Source: a virus. From it: a stretch of DNA of 64,000 nt. Positions 50,036-59,242 of this stretch are shown here, in pieces. Both the position numbers and the translations under genes were made by a program. Numbering within the stretch: the first letter of the stretch is position 1; each line of letters opens with the position of its first letter. Below the pieces are notes generated by a model. That model saw nothing but the letters and a program-made list of their open reading frames with translations. It made no database searches and had not been told where the DNA came from. The stretch is from IMG/VR virus record IMGVR_UViG_3300030098_001484, positions 3,000 through 66,999 of that record. One strand, written 5' to 3'.

Positions 50036-50741
50036 CTTCTTCGCTTTCTTCGAACTTATCAAACAAGTCCATCATTTTTTCCCATACATCATCATGAGAC
50101 TCTATAAACTCAAGCCACGTTTCTCCTTCATCCTCATCCATAGGACTAGGCTCAAGGCCACACCACATAGGTAAAGCTTTCTTCACCCGTTGGAGTAATG
50201 ATTCCAATGATTCGTTATTATACACGATCCAGTCGTAAAGTTCTTGGTATTCTTCCTCTTCTTGCTCAACTAAATTAGCTAACTCTTCTGAAGGATCTTC
50301 TCTCCACTGAGCATCATCATTAGGAAGGGTTCTTTCTCCTCCGACAATAAAGATTTGTGTTGCGTCATGGTGCTTACCATAAGCTACTTCATTAAGATAT
50401 CTACAATCATCTACAATAACTACGGTTTCCCAGTACTTAACTCCATTACGAAGTAGTTCTATTTCCTGAGCCATTACTTCTAATAGGTCTTGATGAAACA
50501 TCTTTACCCAATGGTCTGGATCTTGTTCTCGTTTCTCTCGACCAACTCGTTGACAATATTCTCTATATTTTTCAGGTTCCTTATCTTTAGGAAATCCTAA
50601 TTCTTCTGCTTCTCGTTTCAACGCTCCCGCAAAAGACATAACCTTGGGACGAAGCCCATTGTTAAAAGCATATTCAGCGATGTGATTAGCCAAAGTAGTT
50701 TTTCCAACTCCAGCTTTTCCGCTTAAGATTACTAGGTGCAT
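50019..50741 (-). CDS. Deoxynucleoside monophosphate kinase
   Basis: GKAGVGKT, SFAGALK, DDCRYLNE. Confidence 0.85.
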   Translation of the reverse strand: MHLVILSGKAGVGKTTLANHIAEYAFNNGLRPKVMSFAGALKREAEELGFPKDKEPEKYREYCQRVGREKREQDPDHWVKMFHQDLLEVMAQEIELLRNGVKYWETVVIVDDCRYLNEVAYGKHHDATQIFIVGGERTLPNDDAQWREDPSEELANLVEQEEEEYQELYDWIVYNNESLESLLQRVKKALPMWCGLEPSPMDEDEGETWLEFIESHDDVWEKMMDLFDKFEESEEDDAET

Positions 50742-51213
50742 TTAGTAGCTCCCTAAATAGTGTGTTAGGCATAACATATTTTGAAATTGGTAATCCTCTA
50801 TCCTGTAAAATCTGACACACAGCCATAGTACAAGTCTTAGGTTTACTTAAAAATAAAAATCGCTTAAAGAAATACCATTTATATAAGTCCCACCGATTAC
50901 CACAATACTTAGGAAACAAGAAGTAATCTATTTTAGAAATATCTAAATCAAAATTTCCTAGAGGTACAATAGTATTTGGCTTACCAAATAACTTGTGTAC
51001 AGAATCAGTTTCATAAAAGCATACTTGTTTGTTTTCTATAGCAAACAAAGTCATATCTATTTTATCATTATAGATTCTAATATCGCAGTGTACGATAGGA
51101 GAAAAAGCAAAGAACCGTAAAATAAATCGGCATACTTTTTCATTAAAGGATTTCTTAGTTACTAAAGCTGGGTTCTTCCAATGAAAGAAACCAACATCTA
51201 TTTTAAAGTTCAT
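50686..51213 (-). CDS. Putative permuted papain-like (NlpC/P60) protein
   Basis: SPIVHCDI ... KTCTMAV ... MPNTL (His before Cys). Confidence 0.5.
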   Translation of the reverse strand: MNFKIDVGFFHWKNPALVTKKSFNEKVCRFILRFFAFSPIVHCDIRIYNDKIDMTLFAIENKQVCFYETDSVHKLFGKPNTIVPLGNFDLDISKIDYFLFPKYCGNRWDLYKWYFFKRFLFLSKPKTCTMAVCQILQDRGLPISKYVMPNTLFRELLNAPSNLKRKSWSWKNYFG

Positions 51214-51559
51214 ATTGAATTGACATACCCAGAGCTACAGCCAGTGCATGTTCCATTCTTGCTCCTTCGCTTCTCTCCCAACCCCGAAGCATATAGATAC
51301 AATCTGATTCAAAGACAGCTTCTATATCACGAAGAAGGGCATCACGAAGTTCTTTTTTACTCATTTCCTTAGAAGGATCTAATCCATATTCTTTATCAAG
51401 CTTAGCGGGATTGATAGGATCATAGATTATCTTACTCTTTAAGTTCTTTTCAGCCCTATCAAACGCTTCATGATTAAGGTTCTTATAACCACGCATGGGG
51501 CCAGCAATATAAATCTTCAGTTTTTCGTACTCGTTTCTAGGTACTTCCATATGTTTCAT
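51203..51559 (-). CDS. DUF4406 / nucleoside deoxyribosyltransferase-like protein
   Basis: IYIAGPMRG..NPA..DCIYMLRGWERSEGARME. Confidence 0.85.
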   Translation of the reverse strand: MKHMEVPRNEYEKLKIYIAGPMRGYKNLNHEAFDRAEKNLKSKIIYDPINPAKLDKEYGLDPSKEMSKKELRDALLRDIEAVFESDCIYMLRGWERSEGARMEHALAVALGMSIQYEL

Positions 51560-53262
51560 CAATGACATTCTGACCAATTCCTCCCGACTCTAAAGTCTCC
51601 ATCTAATCTGATCTTACAGTCTAGTCTTTCTCCTGCTTGCTTAATACTTTCACAGCCAAGTAAACCAATATCATTTGCAATATCAGGATGCACTTCCAAC
51701 TGCCACTCATCGTGGACAGTAGCCATAAATCTAGCTTTATCTTGATACCCTCGTTTCTTAATTTCTCTATCTAAAATACATTGGGCAAGCTTCATAATAA
51801 TAGCACCGTCACCTTGCAACTGAACATTTAATGCTGCATGAATAGAGCGACACGGTACTTTCCTACCATCAAGCAACTCAATAGTCCCTGACTTATTAAC
51901 TTGAAACTTACAGTTCTGAATAACTTTATTTAAAGCTGGTAGTTTTTGTAGGAATTTCTTCTTAAGATTCTTGCCGACTGCTGCGGTTTGTCCCACGATC
52001 TTTCCGATCTTAGCATCACCAGCGCCATATATAAAACCATAGAAGAAAGTTTTTGCCGCATTTCTACTGGGCAATCCAGCAAGCCTTTGATTCTCATCGT
52101 GAATGTCCTTCTCTAAAACAATCTTAGCATAACTACCACGGTCATAGGGATACATTCGATTAGCAAGCATTCTTGCCTCTAGTCCCTGAGCATCAATACC
52201 AACCTGAACCCATCCTTCTTTAGGAATAAACAAAGCTCTGGCTCTCTTGTCTCCACTAACCTGTTGTAAATTAGGCTGACTAGCAGTCATACGACCTGTA
52301 ACTGTACCTTGAGGATTAATAGAACCATGTATTCTACCATCTCTAGACGTACTTGCTCTCGTAACCCAGTCTGTTACCTGACCCATGAGTTTAATCATGT
52401 AAAAGTATTCTACTAGTTTCTGTGCTTCAGGAAACTTAAGCTTTTTTAACACAGCTTCATCAACCTTTGGATTACCTTTCTCAGTCAGAGGAGCCTTCCA
52501 ACCATACTTATCAAACAAGCGTTCAGAAATCTGCTTACGAGAACCCGGATTAAATATAGTTATTTTATCCTTCAGTCTCTTACCAGTCTTATCTGAAAAC
52601 CTTTCTTCAACTATAGGCGGAAAGATATCTCCTAACTCGTCTCGAATAAGGTCTGTTTGTGTTTCAAGTTCTTCAAGTAGAATAGTTCCCTTCTTTAAAT
52701 CAAAGTTAAAACCGTTTGAGGTTTGCTCTGCAATGATCTTAGAAACTATATGCTCGAATCGAATTACCTTATGATTCTTTTTAATAAAGGACTGTTGCTC
52801 CTCAAAGATCTGTGCATTCAAGGCCACATCGCCCTTACAATAAGTCAACATAGTTTCACTAAAGGCATCCCAACCGCCATCATAATCTATCTTAGGAAAC
52901 CCAAGATGAATTCCCCAGCACTCAAGAGAGTTTCCATTTAAAGGATGCTGAGACTTGTCAGGATACATTAGCTTACTAACGATTAACGTATCCAGTACTT
53001 TTGTTTTAATGGGACCATATAAACGCTCTAGTAACGGAACATCATACATTATAACATTATGACCAATAATTAAATCAGCGTTTCGTAGTTCATCAACGCC
53101 ATCTTCAATCTCACATGGTCCAAACTCTTTTGTTTCTCCAGTATCAAGATTAGTTGTTACCATACAGTGTACGGTATCAGCTTCCTTGGATGCTTGACCT
53201 TTGGAGTTTAGAATAACTTCTGTTAATCCATTCGCTTCAATATCAAATACGATCCGGTTCAT
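51559..53262 (-). CDS. DNA polymerase family A (gp5-like)
   Basis: FDIEANGL exo I, DAQGLEAR motif A, AKTFFYGFIYG motif B (Tyr at 762-equivalent), VHDE motif C; no obvious thioredoxin-binding insert. Confidence 0.96.
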   Translation of the reverse strand: MNRIVFDIEANGLTEVILNSKGQASKEADTVHCMVTTNLDTGETKEFGPCEIEDGVDELRNADLIIGHNVIMYDVPLLERLYGPIKTKVLDTLIVSKLMYPDKSQHPLNGNSLECWGIHLGFPKIDYDGGWDAFSETMLTYCKGDVALNAQIFEEQQSFIKKNHKVIRFEHIVSKIIAEQTSNGFNFDLKKGTILLEELETQTDLIRDELGDIFPPIVEERFSDKTGKRLKDKITIFNPGSRKQISERLFDKYGWKAPLTEKGNPKVDEAVLKKLKFPEAQKLVEYFYMIKLMGQVTDWVTRASTSRDGRIHGSINPQGTVTGRMTASQPNLQQVSGDKRARALFIPKEGWVQVGIDAQGLEARMLANRMYPYDRGSYAKIVLEKDIHDENQRLAGLPSRNAAKTFFYGFIYGAGDAKIGKIVGQTAAVGKNLKKKFLQKLPALNKVIQNCKFQVNKSGTIELLDGRKVPCRSIHAALNVQLQGDGAIIMKLAQCILDREIKKRGYQDKARFMATVHDEWQLEVHPDIANDIGLLGCESIKQAGERLDCKIRLDGDFRVGRNWSECH

Positions 53263-53271
53263 GAGGATCTC

Positions 53272-53586
53272 CTAAAAGTAACGCCACATTCCCTTTCTTT
53301 CCCATTCATGCGGGGACTCTGCTTCATTACCCATGAACCTAACATGGGAATAGCTTCTTCCATCGGAATGTAAAACGTATGTGTAGTGGTGTTCATCGTG
53401 TTGATAAGAAATCTTAATCTTATCTAACGACCTATTAACTTTAACAGGTACTTCGAACTTATTATCTCCAATTGACATAGGGATTCTGTGATCCCCATCT
53501 GGCAAAACAGTGATATCATGATCGAAGTTGACTGTCATATCATTATCTACTAGTTCCATCTTAGGTGTTGGAATCTTTTCAGCCAT
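53272..53586 (-). CDS. Hypothetical protein
   Basis: ORF with GGAG RBS between helicase and polymerase. Confidence 0.65.
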   Translation of the reverse strand: MAEKIPTPKMELVDNDMTVNFDHDITVLPDGDHRIPMSIGDNKFEVPVKVNRSLDKIKISYQHDEHHYTYVLHSDGRSYSHVRFMGNEAESPHEWERKGMWRYF

Positions 53587-55330
53587 TATTATCTCCATTC
53601 GTTACAGGCTGGAACATAGGCTGACCACTATCGCTGTCAATAGCGTAGTCAATTTCCTCAAGTCTTCCAGTCTGTCTATTGTAGAACAGGGCAGTAGCAA
53701 TACCAGCCCGTCCAGTAAGTCTATTCTTAAGTACACGAACAATAGTGGTATTAGCTACAGCTTCATCGGGATTTTGACGATCCCTCTCAAGACCAACAAC
53801 CACATTAGGAACCGAAGCCAGACTACCCGATCCTCTTAGATCCTGTAGTGTAATACGATCACCCTCTTCGTAAGCCTTGTTTGTCTTACGCAACTGAGAC
53901 ACGACATCAATACGCACTCCGGTACGAGACACCAAAGACCTAAGTTCTTTCATGATGTTATCAATCAAGAGCCTTTCCGAGTTACCGCCTTCGAAATCTG
54001 TATCGGCATTCATAAGACCAGCAGCCGCAGCGGTAATATGATCGAGAACAATCACATCAACCTTAAGTGACACAGCCATATACTCCATCCTAGCACACAG
54101 GTTCTTCAAAGCATTATTGCCAAGATGATCATAAATATAAAGCGACGTTTCACTAAGCCGTCGTCTCGCAGAAGCATACTCTTCGTCTGATAACTCATCA
54201 ATTACATCCATATGAATAGGAGGCTTGCCCATCTTTTCTCGCAGTTCATTCATAAGCCGAACAGCCTTGATAGCACGAACAGGTTTATTAATCATAAGCG
54301 AAATCATATCGTCCATAGTTTCCTGTGGAGATTCTTCGAGCATGATCGCTCCAACACTGCGGCCCTCTTCGAGATGTCCATTCATAATCTCTCTAAGGAT
54401 AGTGGACTTACCTGATCCAGTTCCAGAAGCCCACAAGGTAATCTCCCCTGATCGTTGACCAATCAGATACTCTGTCAGTACGGTAAACGGGAAAGGATAC
54501 ACCCTAGTTTCTGAAAGGTCAGTTTCATTAGCAACCTTAGAAACATGCAGGATCTCATCTGGAGAATAACACTGGGCTTCCCAAAGGGCAGTAGTTAGTT
54601 CAGAGGTCTGACCATTCATGATACACTCATTTGCATCCTTGCCGGGAATACTAGCAATCTTACACTTACCCGGTGGCAGAATCTCAGCTACCTCATTGGC
54701 TGCCTTACGCCCTGCTTCATCTTGATCAAAGGCAATTACAATCTCTTGATAGGACACAAGCCACTCAAGGTTATCTTTAATTGCCTTAACTGCTCCGGCT
54801 GCTCCGCTTGGAAGGGACACGACAGGCCACCTACCGCCAAGCACTTGGTTAGCAGACATACAATCATACTCTCCTTCGGTAATGATCACACGCTTACCAC
54901 CATTACGCCAAAGGTGCTGACCCCATAGAGTAGGTTTGTGGCTATTACCAATCCACCTGAAGGATTTGTTTGGTCCTCTAACATGCTGAGCTACCATAAC
55001 ACCATCGTTATAAAATGAAGCGATCTCTCGTCGTTCACCATTTTGGGAGCCGACCATATAGTTATACTTCTTAGCTGTTTCCTTAGTGATACCGCGAGCC
55101 TTAAGGGCTACACACTCTCCATCTAAGAAAGAAACAGGTTTAGTTTCTGGTATAAAGTTTGTCATAGTTTGTGTCTTATTTCCTTTTGAATAGAAGCCAC
55201 AGCTAAAACAATAGCCATGACCATCATCATATATAGCTAGGTTATCCCCAGTATTGTCTCTACCTTTAGATGCACACTGAGGACATCTTTCTCGGCTTAC
55301 TACCGTACCCGTATCCGTAACGTCTTTCAT
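53579..55330 (-). CDS. Primase-helicase (gp4-like)
   Basis: CPQC..CFSC zinc finger, ITEGEYD TOPRIM, GTGSGKST, LDHI, DLRGSG, LKNR. Confidence 0.96.
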   Translation of the reverse strand: MKDVTDTGTVVSRERCPQCASKGRDNTGDNLAIYDDGHGYCFSCGFYSKGNKTQTMTNFIPETKPVSFLDGECVALKARGITKETAKKYNYMVGSQNGERREIASFYNDGVMVAQHVRGPNKSFRWIGNSHKPTLWGQHLWRNGGKRVIITEGEYDCMSANQVLGGRWPVVSLPSGAAGAVKAIKDNLEWLVSYQEIVIAFDQDEAGRKAANEVAEILPPGKCKIASIPGKDANECIMNGQTSELTTALWEAQCYSPDEILHVSKVANETDLSETRVYPFPFTVLTEYLIGQRSGEITLWASGTGSGKSTILREIMNGHLEEGRSVGAIMLEESPQETMDDMISLMINKPVRAIKAVRLMNELREKMGKPPIHMDVIDELSDEEYASARRRLSETSLYIYDHLGNNALKNLCARMEYMAVSLKVDVIVLDHITAAAAGLMNADTDFEGGNSERLLIDNIMKELRSLVSRTGVRIDVVSQLRKTNKAYEEGDRITLQDLRGSGSLASVPNVVVGLERDRQNPDEAVANTTIVRVLKNRLTGRAGIATALFYNRQTGRLEEIDYAIDSDSGQPMFQPVTNGDNNG

Positions 55331-55331
55331 T

Positions 55332-55733
55332 CTAATGCTCCTGCAAAACCTTGTTTGCTCTAGCAACCCCAACTATATCATTTAATTGAGTTACTATACA
55401 TTCAATCTCATCACATTTCAATTCTTTGGCTAGATAAAATCTATTGTTTCCTTTAATCACTACCAAAATATTCTCTTTTATATCTATATCTAAGTTCTTT
55501 ATAACCTCTTTAAACTCTCGGTTTAAGGGGTGTTTAATCATTTCTTTAACACGTTCTGAAGACAAAGGCACAACCAAAATAGGGTGTCGCATACCTCCAT
55601 CAGCTACTATCTCTTCTTTAAGCTTTATATAGAAGGTTTCATTTTCAGGCTCCGTTACATAAGGAACTAAATCCTTTAATGAAATAACTTCAGTTTGTAA
55701 CTTCCCTTCATAGAAACTTTTTAATGTCTTCAT
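55332..55733 (-). CDS. ParB/Sulfiredoxin N-terminal-like protein
   Basis: GMRHPILV...VIKGNNRFYLAKELK..IECIV. Confidence 0.6.
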   Translation of the reverse strand: MKTLKSFYEGKLQTEVISLKDLVPYVTEPENETFYIKLKEEIVADGGMRHPILVVPLSSERVKEMIKHPLNREFKEVIKNLDIDIKENILVVIKGNNRFYLAKELKCDEIECIVTQLNDIVGVARANKVLQEH

Positions 55734-55912
55734 ACAGCGTAAGCTCTTTCTCTTGTCTTTATGGTTGCTTTATTATGTCGGTCTGTTGCCTTCCACAAAC
55801 CTCTTGAAAAACCAGCGTGTTCTCCATGTCCATAACCTTGACGATAACCAATTTTATAACAGAGATATCCAGTCAACCCTGCTAGAAGAACTGATCCCAC
55901 CGCTAATAGCAT
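55730..55912 (-). CDS. Small membrane-anchored protein
   Basis: N-terminal TM, GYRQGY. Confidence 0.55.
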   Translation of the reverse strand: MLLAVGSVLLAGLTGYLCYKIGYRQGYGHGEHAGFSRGLWKATDRHNKATIKTRERAYAV

Positions 55913-55916
55913 TATG

Positions 55917-56141
55917 TTAGCTCCTTAAACTACTAATAGTTTTTGCCAAGTCTTCAATCTCTGCAATACTCTGATACGCAGCGACATCTCCTCCGGTATA
56001 TTCATAATTGAGATTACCCTTTGGATCTAGGACACCTACCTCAAAGGTTCCTTCATCTGAATAAGTACCGGGTCCGCATATGATGGACAATGCCCACCCG
56101 TTTTTGAAATCCATACGATCACGAAACTCTTTTCTTTCCAC
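55917..56141 (-). CDS. Conserved small phage protein
   Basis: FKNGWALSII..GTYS..GTFEVGVL. Confidence 0.65.
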   Translation of the reverse strand: MERKEFRDRMDFKNGWALSIICGPGTYSDEGTFEVGVLDPKGNLNYEYTGGDVAAYQSIAEIEDLAKTISSLRS

Positions 56142-56322
56142 AATTTTCCCTCTCTTTGTCTGGAATTAAAATCTTACTTTTACATGATATACATTTCCAA
56201 ACCCCCGTTTCCCATCCACAAGAAATATAACCATCTCTATAACCAACTTTAAGAGCAATTTTATATATCATATAAGGAAACATAATACCATTTACTAATA
56301 ACACAATTTCATACCAAGACAT
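56119..56322 (-). CDS. Small membrane protein
   Basis: GAGG RBS, TM helix, CxxC. Confidence 0.5.
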   Translation of the reverse strand: MSWYEIVLLVNGIMFPYMIYKIALKVGYRDGYISCGWETGVWKCISCKSKILIPDKERENCGKKRVS

Positions 56323-56340
56323 ATTAAAGTATCCTCTTAA

Positions 56341-56413
56341 TGGGCCGAGCCAGATTCGAACTGGCGACCTAACGATTATGAGTCGTCTGCTCTAACCGCT
56401 GAGCTACCGGCCC
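56341..56413 (-). tRNA. tRNA-Ile2 (CAU, lysidine type; reads AUA)
   Basis: GGGCCGGTAGCTCAGCGGTTAGAGCAGACGACTCATAATCGTTAGGTCGCCAGTTCGAATCTGGCTCGGCCCA; resembles ileX rather than Met tRNAs; no encoded CCA. Confidence 0.88.
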
Positions 56414-56417
56414 ATAA

Positions 56418-56490
56418 TACCCTCGGTGGGATTCGAACCCACACTGGATGGATTTTAAGTCCACTGCCTCTGCCGTTGGGCTACGAGGGC
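56418..56490 (-). tRNA. tRNA-Leu (UAA), short variable loop
   Basis: GCCCTCGTAGCCCAACGGCAGAGGCAGTGGACTTAAAATCCATCCAGTGTGGGTTCGAATCCCACCGAGGGTA. Confidence 0.9.
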
Positions 56491-56498
56491 TAGGAAAC

Positions 56499-56537
56499 CG
56501 AAGGGGCCGGTGATTGCTTGAACCACCAGCCCCTCCG
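56499..56537 (-). promoter_or_regulatory. 17-bp hairpin upstream of tRNAs (processing site or terminator)
   Basis: CGGAGGGGCTGGTGGTT-CAAGC-AATCACCGGCCCCTTCG. Confidence 0.6.
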
Positions 56538-56541
56538 AATC

Positions 56542-56919
56542 TCACGCCTTATCGACTCCAACAATGAAGTAGCCCGGTTCTCCCGGTTCTGCCCATTGTT
56601 TAGTCACATGAAGATTTTGAATCTGTGAGTCATCTACCCAAAGTTTGTTATTTAAGACATCTAAAACAGACTTAGCAAAGTTATCTATGTCTGCTTTAGG
56701 ATAATCTAGTTTTGTTTTCTTTGGTCTAGTAACATACAGTTCTACATCTACAATGAGTGGTCCTTCGATAAGTTCAAAATCAGTACCTAGAACCTCGTAT
56801 ACAACTTCGGCGCATTCTGATCTGAATTTCTTATATGGTCCTGTAAAGTAAGCACCATACTTTGAAACCCTAGGTCTACTTGCTGCTATGGGACTTATAT
56901 CAAATCTCCATTCAGGCAC
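56542..56919 (-). CDS. rusA: RusA-like Holliday junction resolvase
   Basis: RPRV, ADIDNFAKSVLDVLN...WVDDSQI..L..TK. Confidence 0.9.
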   Translation of the reverse strand: MPEWRFDISPIAASRPRVSKYGAYFTGPYKKFRSECAEVVYEVLGTDFELIEGPLIVDVELYVTRPKKTKLDYPKADIDNFAKSVLDVLNNKLWVDDSQIQNLHVTKQWAEPGEPGYFIVGVDKA

Positions 56920-56933
56920 AGTAGTTCTCCTTC

Positions 56934-57455
56934 TCAGAACGGCAGATCCTCTTCATCATCAGAGGTATTAGTAACGGTAGCTGGAGCCTGATAGTTTGAA
57001 CCATCGAAACCATCAGTAGGCTCAAAGCCACCAGTAGACATCTCCCGCTCAGCCTTCTCAACAATCTGAACACCATTCAAGAACATGCTCAGAGAGTTAT
57101 CACGCTCGATGACAACAGGAGTAAGCTTAAGCTTAACCCGATCACCACCATAAGGCGTAGCCTCTGTCGGCTTAGCCGCAGCATCAACGCAAGGAAATAC
57201 ATTTACGTCCTTTCGAACAAACAACTTAGTCTTTGACTTCAGGGTTTGTGTACCCTCATCGTCTGCCTTAAGACCATTAATCTTAGTGCATCCCAGTTCC
57301 TTAGCAATAGCATCCATTCGCTTCTGCGTATCCTCATTAAGGACTACTGTGATGTTATGATTTGCAGCATCAACACCAAACTTGCTGTCTGGTTTATGGA
57401 GATGCGACCATCGAACCTCAAGTTCGTCTGTTACAAAAGCACTACCCTTCTTCAT
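56934..57455 (-). CDS. Single-stranded DNA-binding protein (gp2.5-like)
   Basis: W.HL.KPD.KF, LNGVQIV, acidic tail DDEEDLPF. Confidence 0.88.
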   Translation of the reverse strand: MKKGSAFVTDELEVRWSHLHKPDSKFGVDAANHNITVVLNEDTQKRMDAIAKELGCTKINGLKADDEGTQTLKSKTKLFVRKDVNVFPCVDAAAKPTEATPYGGDRVKLKLTPVVIERDNSLSMFLNGVQIVEKAEREMSTGGFEPTDGFDGSNYQAPATVTNTSDDEEDLPF

Positions 57456-57672
57456 TTGACTTTTCTCCTTCTTCGGCTTCTGTCTTTGTACCTTCAGTAA
57501 TAATACTAGTAATAGTTTGGTTAATTCCATCTGCCATTTCTCTCATAGCATTACTGAGATTACCGAGATAAGACAAAACAGCTTCCGTCTTAATTCCCGG
57601 TGGCAAGGATGGCCCGTCCATATCCGGGGCATTATCCTGATTATCTGTGACAACCATTGTCTCTTCTGTCAA
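57442..57672 (-). CDS. Hypothetical acidic protein
   Basis: TTG start with AAGGAG RBS. Confidence 0.6.
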   Translation of the reverse strand: MTEETMVVTDNQDNAPDMDGPSLPPGIKTEAVLSYLGNLSNAMREMADGINQTITSIITEGTKTEAEEGEKSNEEG

Positions 57673-57673
57673 T

Positions 57674-58342
57674 TTATGACTCCTTTCGTAAGAGTTCTAG
57701 GTACGGATGTCCATCAATTACTACGCCTACAGAAACAATCGGTTTCTTAATATAATTCTTAGCGTAGCTCATAGCTGTATGATTTGTATCTACTCCACAG
57801 CCTACATTCATGCCGAAGATATACTTATTCGTCGGCGTTCTCAGGTATTGTATACCAGCAACACTATGAGTGTGTCCCATTACCCAAGAATTTCCTGTAA
57901 GTTTTGCAGAATTAAATGCCGGAGCCATACCCCCACTACCTGTGCCGTGGCTGTAATGAACTCCATCTATATTTGTACTGTATTCCCACGACCAGTTAGG
58001 GGTATCCCATACTTCACTGTACTCCTTTAAATAAACAGGAGGAATACCTACGTCGGCATTTAACCTAATGACACGCTCATCATGATTACCAATCATAACG
58101 TGTGCCGAGGGAAATAATCTTTTCCACTTCTTCAGATTATCTACAACACCTTGATACTCCTGCATAGCGGAGATAGATTCAGGGTGTTTCTTATGAAAAG
58201 AAATTGCATGATGATCTACAATATCACCAATAAACACGGTAGTATTGGTTCGATACTTCCGCTTAATATCCTTGACAAAAGAATAATAATCTGGATGTTC
58301 CGCAGGTAAATGCAGATCACCTATTACAAGTACTCTTGCCAT
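57674..58342 (-). CDS. Calcineurin-like metallophosphoesterase
   Basis: GDLH, GDIVD, GNHD, SHG, GHTH. Confidence 0.93.
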   Translation of the reverse strand: MARVLVIGDLHLPAEHPDYYSFVKDIKRKYRTNTTVFIGDIVDHHAISFHKKHPESISAMQEYQGVVDNLKKWKRLFPSAHVMIGNHDERVIRLNADVGIPPVYLKEYSEVWDTPNWSWEYSTNIDGVHYSHGTGSGGMAPAFNSAKLTGNSWVMGHTHSVAGIQYLRTPTNKYIFGMNVGCGVDTNHTAMSYAKNYIKKPIVSVGVVIDGHPYLELLRKES

Positions 58343-58589
58343 TTGATTTATCCTTACAAAATCTATTTTTATAATCCTGCTGCCATTGTGTAGCAATAGG
58401 TGGTAGGTCGGCTCTCTTCCGAGTACCGGGCTTTGGATAAGCTTTCACAAAGTTTCCTTGCTTATCTTCTACATGAACCCACTCCTCTGCATAAGCTTTG
58501 ATAGGTTTATAAACATTGAGTTTATTTTGTTGGTGAGCTATTTGGATATTATTTAGTTTTACGTTCTTATTTTTTGGTTGGTCTTTCAT
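58317..58589 (-). CDS. Hypothetical basic protein
   Basis: 90-aa ORF, AAGGA RBS. Confidence 0.6.
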   Translation of the reverse strand: MKDQPKNKNVKLNNIQIAHQQNKLNVYKPIKAYAEEWVHVEDKQGNFVKAYPKPGTRKRADLPPIATQWQQDYKNRFCKDKSNGKSTCNR

Positions 58590-58598
58590 ATCTGATCC

Positions 58599-58730
58599 TT
58601 AATCATCCTGTATATCTACCGAATCACAAATTAAATAATCCCCCTCTATAACAATATGTTCTCCATCATCTAGGACGATGTAGTCTCCATAATCAATCTC
58701 AATTAAAGTCAACTTCTTCAATCTCCTCAT
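58599..58730 (-). CDS. Possible small acidic protein (not in ORF track)
   Basis: MRRLKKLTLIEIDYGDYIVLDDGEHIVIEGDYLICDSVDIQDD fills the gap. Confidence 0.4.
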   Translation of the reverse strand: MRRLKKLTLIEIDYGDYIVLDDGEHIVIEGDYLICDSVDIQDD

Positions 58731-58959
58731 CAAATTCTCCGTCGTCAGGAATGTAAACATTCAAGTTTAATCCTTTAACTGGAGCAAGTTTATTATACCA
58801 TAAAGATGAAGCCAAGTTAACTAAAAAGATTTCAGAAAGTTGTTTGGACGGAAAGGAAAACGTAATATCCTTTTGTCCTGAACAGTCTTTAACTAAATTA
58901 ACTGTATATTCAATTGCTTGTTCCATTTCATGTTCACTATCTATTACCCTCATTGTCAT
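58699..58959 (-). CDS. Hypothetical protein
   Basis: MTMRVIDSEHE.., acidic C-terminus. Confidence 0.65.
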   Translation of the reverse strand: MTMRVIDSEHEMEQAIEYTVNLVKDCSGQKDITFSFPSKQLSEIFLVNLASSLWYNKLAPVKGLNLNVYIPDDGEFDEEIEEVDFN

Positions 58960-59242
58960 GTTCTTGTCCCCTTCTAAGAGTTGACATTTCAATTATAATG
59001 TTACGAGGAATACTATGGACGGTTCCAGTATTATCCTCCCCTACAGTATCTGTTATAGCTACATACTCATCTGTCTCATGTAACACATAACCTATATTTT
59101 TAATTTTAGGTAACGGTTCATGAGCATATTCGTATGCGTCTTCTAATGATACCCACTCAGGACCACCCTGAGAATGAGCATCTACCCAAACGATTTCTCT
59201 TACTTCAAGCGAAGAGATAATCAGATTCGAGAACTCTCTCAA
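58937..59242 (-). CDS. Conserved small phage protein
   Basis: IVWVDA..W..IGYVLHE..IP family pattern; probable TTG start inside the RNAP 3' end. Confidence 0.6.
   Translation of the reverse strand: MREFSNLIISSLEVREIVWVDAHSQGGPEWVSLEDAYEYAHEPLPKIKNIGYVLHETDEYVAITDTVGEDNTGTVHSIPRNIIIEMSTLRRGQEHDNEGNR

Noticed and set aside
56499-56544. SECIS-like element after the rusA TGA
   Set aside because: RusA is complete at the TGA and readthrough would run into the tRNA; the hairpin is better explained as a processing signal
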